NCBI GenBank assembly: GCA_965226495.1
Contig: OZ245365.1
Coordinates: 5,728,001-5,792,000, forward strand
DNA: 64,000 nucleotides
DNA from: Candidatus Marinacidobacterales bacterium
GTDB lineage: Bacteria > Acidobacteriota > Vicinamibacteria > Marinacidobacterales > DATDRI01
Reading direction: 5' to 3'
Shown here: piece by piece, positions 38,501 through 47,040 of the stretch
How the letters are laid out: every line of letters begins with the position of its first letter
Numbering within the stretch: position 1 is the first letter of the stretch
Notes under the pieces: generated by a model
What the model was told of the DNA's origin: nothing
Databases searched by the model: none
What the model saw: only the letters and a program-made list of their open reading frames with translations
Position numbers and translations under genes: made by a program

Positions 38501-38914
38501 GATCGGGAACTGAGAGACGTCGACGTCTTGGATTCTGGAGTCTTCCGCCTCCTGGGGAAGCTCTGGCTTAGCGAGGTCTACTTTCTCGCGGACTTTCTGT
38601 ATGGCGGTGTCGAGATCGACCTCGGGGTTGAACTCCACCTCTATGACCGAAATGCCTTCACTGCTCGTTGAGCGGATTTCCTTGATCCCGGAAATGGCTT
38701 TGAGCTCGGTCTCGATGGGGCGGGTGAGGAGCGTCTCGATGTCCTCGGGACTCACCCCTCCGTAAATCGTGTACACCAAGATGAGAGGGATCTTCACTTC
38801 AGGAAAGGACTCTCGAGGAAGGGAGATGTAGGAGCCCATTCCGGCCACGACGATGAGGGCGATGAGCACGTAGACCGTCAGGCGTCGGCGGATTGCGATG
38901 TTGGTGATGCGCAT
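35510..38914 (-). CDS. RND efflux permease (AcrB/AcrD/AcrF family)
   Basis: GMLVDNAVVIVENI, GVVVNNAIVL, RLRPVLLTA.TT. Confidence 0.95.
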   Translation of the reverse strand: MRITNIAIRRRLTVYVLIALIVVAGMGSYISLPRESFPEVKIPLILVYTIYGGVSPEDIETLLTRPIETELKAISGIKEIRSTSSEGISVIEVEFNPEVDLDTAIQKVREKVDLAKPELPQEAEDSRIQDVDVSQFPILVVSLSGQVGLAQLKEIADDLKDELEAIPGVNRVQVIGGREREVHVYADPRRLSFYELSLVDLVTAVSQDNLTVPGGEIDVGSLKYLVRLPAEVERPAEIEDFVVEVRDGGPIYVRDVARVVFGFEDETTRSRLDGTPSVTLTIEKRTGANIIEVADTVKEELERVEATWPPGTEVTVVGDVSHDIRMMVSELENNIISGLILVVLVLMAFLGFRNSVFVAVAIPLSMLLSFSVIQMLGYTLNMIVLFSLILVLGMLVDNAVVIVENIYRHREEGKDGPTAASVGTDEVAIPVIASTITTLCAFGPMLFWPGIVGDFMSYLPVTLIIGLTASLVVALIFNPTLTAYFMKPPSSNQGGSWKQGVVLTRYRQLLGWVLEATDTTERGWFYRNWALLLIFVACVVVAAGFVLVSFVVEALAPLLFPLTMLLFAAGGVAFIVQGIIWLGWSLFRRLRDWPPYVTDRRSGVIWSVGAILAGTMVAYGVLGKGLEFFPEIEPRQILIDVESPSGATLETSDSIVRRIEELTKGTKDLRYRIANVGSTGVSLQDFGSGSSVSNLSRVTLDLPDREDRQWKNSLLTMEETRQALGEIDGADIKVDKPQEGVQTGKPVTIRLSGNDFLVLERLAREVQDTIRDVQGLVNLDDDLDRGKPEIRIKVDRVEAALAGLNTRDIATTVQTAIMGTEASKYRIGEDEYDIVVRLSPEARASLDDLAELTVPDEDGIPIPIRTVASIEPGVGPASIRRVDLKRVVTVDGDVVRASDRTEDSVRQDVADRLQTMNWPVGYRWEFAGSNEDEQESRAFLQKAFVIAVLLIMLVLVTQFDSLVLPLTIMVSVVLSLIGVLWGLIVTATPFGIIMTGIGVISLAGVVVNNAIVLCDFIRQLEKTGLPRTEAVIEAGVIRLRPVLLTAVTTVLGLIPLTVGLNIDFFEWTITMGGESSQWWSSMGVAVIFGLTIATALTLIVVPVTYHTLEEFSGSMQRLPDRWRNSRKSPGRRGA

Positions 38915-38976
38915 GATTAGTTAATGCTCGCGAGCTTTTGGCTCGCACGCTGGCCCTCGGACATTATTAGTGCGAC

Positions 38977-39315
38977 GGGGCCCCACCCCCGTCGCGGGCC
39001 CTCGCTCTTCAATAACGGCGTTGGGGCCCCACCCCCAACGCTTGATGCTCCGTCGCCTTCGCGACTGCGCATCGGCTCATGGCTGTGCTCGGGCCTAAAA
39101 CCACGGCCAGGTTCCCTTGAGCACCGCTATTCACTTGCTCAATTCCTCCTGGCCGACGGGCCTGACGGCCCGTTAATGCGCGTGGGGCCCCACCCCCGTC
39201 GCTGGCCCTCGCTCTTCAATAACGGCGTTGGGGCCCCACCCCCAACGCTTGATGCTCCGTCGCCTTCGCGACTGCGCATCGGCTCATGGCTGTGCTCGGG
39301 CCTAAAACCACGGCC
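38977..39315. repeat. Two 132-bp direct repeats of a GGGGCCCCACCCCC-containing element (family B)
   Basis: 38977-39108 and 39184-39315 are near-identical; related sequence is inverted at 63.2-63.43 kb. Confidence 0.9.
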
Positions 39316-39391
39316 GCTTCCCTTGCGCACTTCGTTTCGTTGTCGCAATTCCTCGCGGCCGGCGGCCCTGACGGGCCGCAGTCGTCCGGGC

Positions 39392-40447
39392 TCAGTTCCT
39401 TTGGACGACCTTTACGGGTTGGCCGTCTACCAAACGACGCTGCCCGGTGACGATAAGCCAATCACCCGCGGCCAAACCTTCTTTCACCACGACGTAATCT
39501 GCCTCGCTCGGTCCCAAGACGACGGGCTTCGCTCGAGCCCTATCATCTTGGAGAACGAAGGCAACACTCCCCTCATCTCGTTCCAGGAGCGCGTCGCGGG
39601 GCACAACCAGCGCATCCGGGTAACGCTCCTTAACGAGGGAGACGCGCCCGATCATGCCAGGGCGAAGTTCCGCGTCGGTGTTAATCAGCTCGATCTCAGC
39701 CGGGAAGGTACGGTTCTTGCTTGATGCGGCCCACCCCACGTAGTGGATGCGACCTTCGAAGTCTCGGTCGGGATAGGCGTCGACCTGGATGGTAGCCTCA
39801 CCACCGACCGAAAAGTAGGGAATGTCGTTGTCCGGGATACCGACCGCCACCTTGAGGCGATCCAATTGGTGCAACGTGGTGATGGGTGCTCCCGGCGGCA
39901 AAACCTCTCCAGGCTCGACGTGACGATCGAGGGCCACACCGGTGATCGGTGCCTTGATGATCGACCGTTCCAGAAGGATCTGGGTCTGTTGTTGACGTGC
40001 CTGGGCCATTTTGTGGCGGGACGTCGCCGCAATCAGCTCTTGGCGGGGCACCGCTTGGCGTTCCAGAAGCTTGCTGGTCTTTTGGTAATGCGCCTCGGCG
40101 GCAAGAAGCTCGGCATCCGCCCCATCGAGCTCCGCGGCACGCAGGTCGGAGCCAATTCGAGTGAGGACACGTCCCTTTCGGACGCGTTGTCCTTTTTGGA
40201 AACTCACCTCCTCAACGGTGCCTCCAAGCTCCGTGGAGACTTGGACCTCCACCCACGGCTCGAAGCGGCCAGTCAAAACGACTCGTTCGGTGAGGTCCGT
40301 AGGCTTGAGCTCGAGAACCGATACGTTTATTGACGGCAGCTCGGCGGCATTTTCGCCGGGCGGCTCTTCGACGGACGGGCTCGACCCACATCCAGCGGTC
40401 ACGACGACAGACACGGCCAGCAGAAGTTTGATAAAGAATGTTTTCAC
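39392..40447 (-). CDS. RND periplasmic adaptor (membrane fusion lipoprotein)
   Basis: TAGC lipobox, IKAPITG, LRPGM, GLAAGD..IVTGQ. Confidence 0.93.
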   Translation of the reverse strand: MKTFFIKLLLAVSVVVTAGCGSSPSVEEPPGENAAELPSINVSVLELKPTDLTERVVLTGRFEPWVEVQVSTELGGTVEEVSFQKGQRVRKGRVLTRIGSDLRAAELDGADAELLAAEAHYQKTSKLLERQAVPRQELIAATSRHKMAQARQQQTQILLERSIIKAPITGVALDRHVEPGEVLPPGAPITTLHQLDRLKVAVGIPDNDIPYFSVGGEATIQVDAYPDRDFEGRIHYVGWAASSKNRTFPAEIELINTDAELRPGMIGRVSLVKERYPDALVVPRDALLERDEGSVAFVLQDDRARAKPVVLGPSEADYVVVKEGLAAGDWLIVTGQRRLVDGQPVKVVQRN

Positions 40448-41886
40448 CGGGCGTCTCCAGCAGGTCCAGCAGGTCCATCAGATTGCGCGGTCGCGGCCGA
40501 TGTTGCCAACACCGAATCGGGAGCATCGGCCCGGAACCCGATGAGATATTTCATTTCTGCCAACGTTACGAGCGCCTCGTGCGCAGCGAGAGCTTGGTTG
40601 AGCTCGGCATCTCGCAGCGAGCGCGTCGACTCGAGAACGTCGAGCGTGGTGGCCGCTCCCCATCGAAAAGACTCCTCGGCGACGCGTTCCGCTTCCCGTG
40701 CTTGCTCAACGGCAAACTCCCCGACCTCGACCGCCTCGAGAGCCCGCTTCCACGTGCCGGTCGTGCGCTCCAGCTCAAGAGCGACCGTTGAGCGAAAGGT
40801 CGACTCCTCGTACTGTTTCTGGTTGATCTGAGACCGGAGCACGTTCATGGCTGCCGAGGTGCCCATGCCGTCGAAGATCGTCCAGTTCATGGAGACACCG
40901 ACCGCCCAGGAGCGGAATCCGGTATTCGCAAACTGTTCCAGGCCGAACGTGTTGACGCCGATCGTTGCGTTGGCGTCGAACTGAGGCAGCGTATCGGAGC
41001 GAACGACACCCACCCGGTTTTCGAGTACCCGACGATCCACGGCGAAGCGAATGAGCGCCGGCCGATTTGCGGTCGCCACATGGATCAGCTCCTGAGCACT
41101 CGGCACTTTCGGCAATGGATCCGGGAGCTCGAGGACGGCATCTATTTCGATGGGTGCCATCACCGGCCTGCCCAGAGTGTCGTTGATCAAAGTCAGGGCG
41201 ATCCGGCGTTCGTTGTCTGCGGCGAGGATCTCGGGACCCAAGTTAGCGAGGGCCACGCGGGCCCTAAGAAGGTCGAGTCGTGTAGCATCTTCGAGCTCGT
41301 AGTGGGCCTCGACCTGTTCCAGCTGTCGCTCTCGGGCTTTCCGTTCCGACTTCAGCACTTCCAGCCGCTGCCCGGCCAACAAGAACGCGTAGCAAGCGCG
41401 GGCCACGTCGCGCGAAATACGGTTTTCCTCTTCTCGCACGTCCTCGTGGATGCCCCCGAGCTCGTGATCCGCCGCCTTGATCGCGTTTTGCACCTTTCCG
41501 AAGGAGTAGATCGGTTGGCGGACACTGAAGTTCCATATGAAGTTCTCGAATCGCAGAGGCTCCGTGGCCTCGGGCGGAAGCGGATCGGGTCCTTCGAGAA
41601 GTTGAGAGAAGAAAGGACTGTTGAGTAGCCCGGGGTCTCGGTTCGCAACAAGCGAGACGAGGGCCTCGACCTGGGGCAAGGCTTCGCTCCGGGCTTGTCG
41701 GACCAGTTGATCGAACTCGTTGATTTGCTCGCGTGCCTCCAAGACCTGCGGATTCACGCCCAGAGCGAACTCGATGGCCTGATTCACATTGAAGCGAACC
41801 GCCGGCTCATTTTGGCGAGCCAACGAGAAGGCAGGCAATGCCAGGCAAGTCAGAATCGCTAGGAATCTATTCGTCATTGAGCTCAT
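40444..41886 (-). CDS. TolC-family outer-membrane efflux protein
   Basis: Signal peptide, two OEP repeats (TRLDLLRA, TTLDVLES); overlaps the MFP start. Confidence 0.92.
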   Translation of the reverse strand: MSSMTNRFLAILTCLALPAFSLARQNEPAVRFNVNQAIEFALGVNPQVLEAREQINEFDQLVRQARSEALPQVEALVSLVANRDPGLLNSPFFSQLLEGPDPLPPEATEPLRFENFIWNFSVRQPIYSFGKVQNAIKAADHELGGIHEDVREEENRISRDVARACYAFLLAGQRLEVLKSERKARERQLEQVEAHYELEDATRLDLLRARVALANLGPEILAADNERRIALTLINDTLGRPVMAPIEIDAVLELPDPLPKVPSAQELIHVATANRPALIRFAVDRRVLENRVGVVRSDTLPQFDANATIGVNTFGLEQFANTGFRSWAVGVSMNWTIFDGMGTSAAMNVLRSQINQKQYEESTFRSTVALELERTTGTWKRALEAVEVGEFAVEQAREAERVAEESFRWGAATTLDVLESTRSLRDAELNQALAAHEALVTLAEMKYLIGFRADAPDSVLATSAATAQSDGPAGPAGDAR

Positions 41887-42164
41887 GTCCGATCCCTATT
41901 TGGAGTAGCGGAAACATTTTCGCCTCTTCGCCTGTCCGCGTGTTGCCAGCCATACTCGGCGATGGGGCCTACCCCGCGCACGGCAACTTACTGAGGGATT
42001 TCCCTGGTCGGAAACCTGCACTCGACACGAGGGAGGAACGTCCCAACGCGGAGTCAAACCGCTCTGAAGGGGAGCTGACGACCGACCATTTTATCACGGA
42101 TGAAGTTGGTGCGAGCGGGCCAAAACCGTTAGACTTAGAGCCCGGCCGCTGGCCGGATGTTGCT

Positions 42165-43259
42165 ATGAGTAAAGACCCTACGTTTAGGCTCCTTGGAGAA
42201 GCTCCCACTCGCAGCCAGCGTTACAAGGAGTACCGCGGGGAATGGGATCGTCGGGGCGAAGAGCTCGACGAGTCCGACCACCCCGTTCACGTGGACCTGG
42301 AGTCGGTGGCGGTCTGTGACCTCCGCTGCGGGAGCTCCGAGGAGGACCCACAGGGTTTTTGCCAGATCTGGACTCATGAGCATATCCGGACCCAGGGGTT
42401 CGAAGATCACACCTACATGCGCGGCTATATGGACCCGCACCTGTACAACGACTTGCTTCGTCAATGCGCGGACATCGGAGTGAGCTCCGTCAAGCTGAAC
42501 TACCGGGGTGAACCATCGCTACACCCCGAGATCGCCGACTTCGTGGCGCGCGCCGCCGAGCTGGAGTTTCCGGACATTATGATGAACTCCAACGGAAACG
42601 GCCTCGGTCGCAAGAACCCGGATCTATTCGCCGAGATCGTCGAAGCGGGGATTACGGATCTGATGTTCTCGGTGGACGCCTGTGATGAAGAAACCTACCG
42701 TCTTCAGAGGGTAGGCGGGGACTGGGAAGTTCTACTGAACTCGGTACGCCGGGCGGTCGAGACGCGTGCAAGCGGCAAGGCCGCGCCGGATTGTCGGATC
42801 CGCGCCTCTGTCGTCCGGACTCACTTGAACGCGCAAGCCGTGGATAGCGGACGCATGGAAGAATTCTGGAAGGACAAGATGGGGGTCGACTGGATGTCGA
42901 TCAGCGAGTGCTACTTCCCGGCCGGCTCTGAGCATCATTGGAAAGCGGCGCATTGGCGTCAGCTGACCGCCGAAGAGTTCCAATGTACGGATTCCTTTCG
43001 CCGGATGGTGGTGACCTGGGACGGCAAGCACACGATGCCTTGCTGTCAGGGATTCACCCTGGAGATCGACGGTGGCCCAGTGGTCGAAGGAGCCGCGAGC
43101 CCTCATCTAAGCGTCCGCGAAGCCTGGGCGAGTCAGAATTTCGATCGCATGCGCACGGCGCATAGGGAGCGAACATGGGATAAGCCTGGTGCCGAGGGCG
43201 AGTCCATCTGTCGCTCCTGCGCGGTTACCAAAGTCCCGACTCCGATCGAGCTCGATTAA
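42165..43259 (+). CDS. Radical SAM/SPASM-twitch protein with expanded cysteine motif
   Basis: CDLRC-x10-C, RGEPSLHP, NSNG, FSVDA; C-terminal C...VTWDG...PCC...ICRSC. Confidence 0.85.
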   Translation: MSKDPTFRLLGEAPTRSQRYKEYRGEWDRRGEELDESDHPVHVDLESVAVCDLRCGSSEEDPQGFCQIWTHEHIRTQGFEDHTYMRGYMDPHLYNDLLRQCADIGVSSVKLNYRGEPSLHPEIADFVARAAELEFPDIMMNSNGNGLGRKNPDLFAEIVEAGITDLMFSVDACDEETYRLQRVGGDWEVLLNSVRRAVETRASGKAAPDCRIRASVVRTHLNAQAVDSGRMEEFWKDKMGVDWMSISECYFPAGSEHHWKAAHWRQLTAEEFQCTDSFRRMVVTWDGKHTMPCCQGFTLEIDGGPVVEGAASPHLSVREAWASQNFDRMRTAHRERTWDKPGAEGESICRSCAVTKVPTPIELD

Positions 43260-43316
43260 AACCTCGGCCAAACTTCCCGCCGCTCCACACCTCATCGTGA
43301 AGAGGAGTAAATAAAC

Positions 43317-44579
43317 ATGAAACTGCGTTTATCGATGCTGTTGGTTTTTCTGTTCCTTGTCGGATCTGTCTACGCGCAAGCCCCATCGGGCGTCACCGTC
43401 TTGCGAGCGGCCCGAATGTTGGACGTCGTCGCGGGCGAGATCGTGACAGATGCCGTTATCGTGATCGAGGGGGAGAGGATTGTCTCCGTCAATCCCTCTT
43501 CGCCACCGACAGGAGCGAAGCTCGTCGACCTTGGTGACGTGACGCTTCTTCCGGGGCTGATGGATTTGCACACCCACCTTGGATATGGCCTCGAGCCGGG
43601 TTTTTGGATGCTCGAAGTTATCGAGGGGCCGGCCGACGTGGCGTACCGAAGTATCGGCAATGCGCGCAAGACGTTGATGGCGGGATTCACCACGGTGCGG
43701 GACTTCGGTGGACAGGTCACGGTGGCTTTGAGCCGGGCGGAAGAAAAAGGCTGGGTCGAGAGTCCTCGGGTCATTCCCTCGCGGAACTCTCTCGGAATTA
43801 CCGGTGGGCATTGCGATGCCACCGGCTTTGCGCCGGGGATTCGCGAGCTGGGACCCGAGGAAGGGATCGCCGACGGTGTCGACGAGGTGGTCGAGGCGGT
43901 TCGCTATCAGATCAAGCACGGAGCGAAGTGGATCAAGACGTGTGCAACGGCGGGCGTCTTGTCCTTCGAGGGACCGGTGGGTGCCCAACAATATTCCTAC
44001 GAGGAGCTCCGGGCGATGGTGGAGGAAGCCGGACGCCACGGGGTCAAAGTGGCAGCGCACGCGCACGGAACGGAAGGCATCATCGCCGCCGTCCGAGCCG
44101 GCGTGGCCTCCATCGAACATGGGTCGATGCTCGACGATGAGGCGATCCTGTTGATGAAGGAGAACGGAACCTACCTCGTGCCGACGACCTACTTGGCCGA
44201 TTCCATCGATCTGGATGCGCTGCCACCCCCCATTCGCGCCAAAGCGGAATATGTGATGCCCATCGCCAAGGAAAGCGTCAGGCGGGCGATTCGATCCGGC
44301 GTCAAAATCGCCTTCGGAACCGACTCAGCAGTCTATCCACACGGCGAGAACCCCCGGGAGTTCATCTCCTTGGTCGATCGCGGGATGAGTCCGCTGGAGG
44401 CGCTCCGCACAGCCACACTCTATGCTGCCGATCTTCTGGGCCTCGAGGACCGAGGTGTCATCGAGGCCGGACGCCTGGCGGATCTGGTGGCGGTGCCTGG
44501 CGACCCCACGCAGCGGATCGAGGTGATGGAAGACGTGCGGTTCGTGATGAAGGGTGGCGAGGTTCATAAGAGCCCCTGA
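43317..44579 (+). CDS. Exported amidohydrolase (Xaa-Pro dipeptidase-like)
   Basis: PGLMDLHTH, GFTTVRD, AAHAHG, SIEHG, FGTDS, GRLAD. Confidence 0.92.
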   Translation: MKLRLSMLLVFLFLVGSVYAQAPSGVTVLRAARMLDVVAGEIVTDAVIVIEGERIVSVNPSSPPTGAKLVDLGDVTLLPGLMDLHTHLGYGLEPGFWMLEVIEGPADVAYRSIGNARKTLMAGFTTVRDFGGQVTVALSRAEEKGWVESPRVIPSRNSLGITGGHCDATGFAPGIRELGPEEGIADGVDEVVEAVRYQIKHGAKWIKTCATAGVLSFEGPVGAQQYSYEELRAMVEEAGRHGVKVAAHAHGTEGIIAAVRAGVASIEHGSMLDDEAILLMKENGTYLVPTTYLADSIDLDALPPPIRAKAEYVMPIAKESVRRAIRSGVKIAFGTDSAVYPHGENPREFISLVDRGMSPLEALRTATLYAADLLGLEDRGVIEAGRLADLVAVPGDPTQRIEVMEDVRFVMKGGEVHKSP

Positions 44580-44884
44580 GCGAGGCCCCAACTTTATTCG
44601 ACCGGACGGCGATTTTGCCTGAGAAGCAGCCGCTCTACGGCCCGTATTTTCCACATATCCTAATCTGGGCCCATCCGGCAAAGTTCAATCCAGACAGGCA
44701 CTTGCCCGGTCAAATCGGAACCCCCTAAAGTTTTCCACAGAGATTTCCACAGGGCGCTGGAACCACGCAATTTTGGAGGGTTTAGCGCCTCTGGTGGCCC
44801 CGGAAGCAATATGGTATAGCAGGTGACAGGACGGGCTTCACGAGCTGTAGGGCAGTAGGCGGTGAGGTGAGGAGGCAACGGCAA

Positions 44885-47032
44885 ATGAAACCAGCGGTAC
44901 TTTTCGCAGCCGTGCTTTATGTTTCTGGCGCTAGTGGTATAGCGTTCGCACAATCTTCGACACTTATTGACGACCGGTCGTTCAAGGCGCTCATCGACGA
45001 GAGTTCGGGCGAGATGGGGCTGGTTCACTTCGGGAAATTGCTCGCGTTTTCGGGTTACGCCCCGTCGCGAGGAGCCGAACAAATCGCGGAATACCTGGCT
45101 GAGCAGGCAAGAGCCTCCGGGCTATCCAACGTCCACATCGAGAAGTTTCCGTCAGATGGGAAGCTCTTCTATTGGGCGTTTCGGTCGGAACCATGGTGGG
45201 AAGCCAAGAGGGCAGAGCTTTGGCTCGTCGAGCCGGAACGAAAGAGGGTCGCGAGCTTCGATGCATATCGGGGCTACTTAGCCCGGTTTAGTCGCAGTGC
45301 GGACGTCACCACCGAGCTCGTGGATGTGGGAGCCGGCACCTCCTCGTCGGACTACGAGGGCAAGGCGGTGGCAGGCAGAATTGTTCTCGCCTCTGGCAGC
45401 GCCGGCGAGGTTCACCGCCGCGCGGTTTGGGAGAACAAAGCGGCGGGCGTTTTGGTTTACCGCGTTCAGAACCACTACGATGAGCCGGACCTGATCCGCT
45501 CGGCCTCTCTCGATCACCGGGATGGACCGAACGGCGAGCCTCCCGCTTTCGCGTTCTCCATTTCTTATCGTGCCGGCCGGGGGCTTTCCGAGCGGCTACG
45601 AGCAGGAGAACGGCTCGTCGTGCGCGCCGAGGTGGACACCGAGACGCGACTAGACGGTTACTACCCGCAGGTCCACGCGACGATTCCAGGCACCGAGCCA
45701 GGTCTACCCGCGGTTTGGATCCAAGCTCACAACAACTATCGAAGCTCAGCGGGAGGCAACAACCTGACCGGCGTGGGGGCGACGGTAGATTTGGCCCGGA
45801 CTCTCGCTTCTCTCATTGCCGATGGCAAACTCCCGAGGCCTCGCCGCAACATCCATTTCATTTGGGGTGCGGAGCACAAGGCCATCATCTATTACTTTTA
45901 TCAGAACCCGGATGCGATTCCGTCGGTGCTAGCGCTTCTCAACTTAGACATGGTGGGTGACCACCAGGAGCTCAGCAAGTCGATACTCCGACTCTACCGG
46001 ACCCCTTATTCCACGCCTTCGTTCGTCAACGATGTCGTCCAGGAGATGTTCGAAACCGTGGCGGCTGGCAATACGACCTCACTCCCGCATCGGGGAGTCC
46101 AGTTCCTTCTGCCAATACTGGAACCATCCGGGAGTCGCGATCAGTTTTTCTACAAGATCGAAGAGTTCTGGGGACCGAGCGATCACGAGGACGTCACGCC
46201 ACTCGGTATTCATGCGGTGTTGCTCAACACCTGGCCCGATCCGTACATCGGGACGAATAAGGATACGAAAGAGCGCGCCGACGCAACGCAAATGAAGCGC
46301 GCCACCGTTATCGCCGGTGCGTCTGCGTACATTCTCGCCAACGCGGGCCCCCGGGAAATACCCGTGCTTGTTCAAAACGCACTGGGCAAAGCCCGGACGC
46401 GCCTCGCGGAGGAGGAACGCCGTGCCATGGATCTCCTGTGGCAATCGTCCTCTAAGGATCCCCAAGAGGATCTCCGGGAGGCGGCCAACATTGTCGCTCG
46501 AGGCTACGAGCGCGAGGTCAAGGCGCTCGAGAGTCTCGACGCCTTCGCTGTCGGAGACGAACGTGCCCGCGACTACATTAACGACAACCTGAACGAGCTA
46601 TCGGGAGGGGAGCCGGCTGCGCAGGATCGGCTCCAGAGACATGGCCGCGCGGTTGCTCGTTCCCGGGGAGTCGTTTTCCAAGAGCCCGGGACGCGCCATG
46701 TTCAAGGGGTGGCACTTCTCGTCCCGGTTCGAAATCCCGAAATCAAAGGGCCGGTAAGCGTCACCAGCGCGCAATACGGGCGAGATTGGCTAGCTGAGAA
46801 GCTCTCCGATCCTACGGTCTTGGACGAAGTGCAGTTGGCAGAACGAGGGCGCTACTACGCCTTCGAGACCCTCAACTTGGCCGACGGGAAAAGGAATCTT
46901 CAGGAGATTCGGGACGCGGTGGCGGCAGAGTACGGGCCGGCTCCTCTGGACGAAGTGGAGCAGTATTTTCGCGTGCTCGAACAGGCAGGCGTTGTCGAGC
47001 TTCGGGAGCCTGGTCGAGGAACTTCGAGATAG
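44885..47032 (+). CDS. M28-like peptidase / DUF4910-like protein with PA domain
   Basis: Signal peptide, DYEGKAVAGRIVL (PA), PRPRRNIHFIWGAE, LNLDMVG, SDH. Confidence 0.75.
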   Translation: MKPAVLFAAVLYVSGASGIAFAQSSTLIDDRSFKALIDESSGEMGLVHFGKLLAFSGYAPSRGAEQIAEYLAEQARASGLSNVHIEKFPSDGKLFYWAFRSEPWWEAKRAELWLVEPERKRVASFDAYRGYLARFSRSADVTTELVDVGAGTSSSDYEGKAVAGRIVLASGSAGEVHRRAVWENKAAGVLVYRVQNHYDEPDLIRSASLDHRDGPNGEPPAFAFSISYRAGRGLSERLRAGERLVVRAEVDTETRLDGYYPQVHATIPGTEPGLPAVWIQAHNNYRSSAGGNNLTGVGATVDLARTLASLIADGKLPRPRRNIHFIWGAEHKAIIYYFYQNPDAIPSVLALLNLDMVGDHQELSKSILRLYRTPYSTPSFVNDVVQEMFETVAAGNTTSLPHRGVQFLLPILEPSGSRDQFFYKIEEFWGPSDHEDVTPLGIHAVLLNTWPDPYIGTNKDTKERADATQMKRATVIAGASAYILANAGPREIPVLVQNALGKARTRLAEEERRAMDLLWQSSSKDPQEDLREAANIVARGYEREVKALESLDAFAVGDERARDYINDNLNELSGGEPAAQDRLQRHGRAVARSRGVVFQEPGTRHVQGVALLVPVRNPEIKGPVSVTSAQYGRDWLAEKLSDPTVLDEVQLAERGRYYAFETLNLADGKRNLQEIRDAVAAEYGPAPLDEVEQYFRVLEQAGVVELREPGRGTSR

Positions 47033-47040
47033 GCGTGTGC

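Noticed and set aside
38924-39724. 266-aa ORF with internal repeat
   Set aside because: It is a translation of the non-coding family-B repeats plus the antisense strand of the adaptor gene
44640-44860. Replication origin
   Set aside because: Only three boxes, no AT-rich unwinding region and no dnaA/dnaN/gidA context
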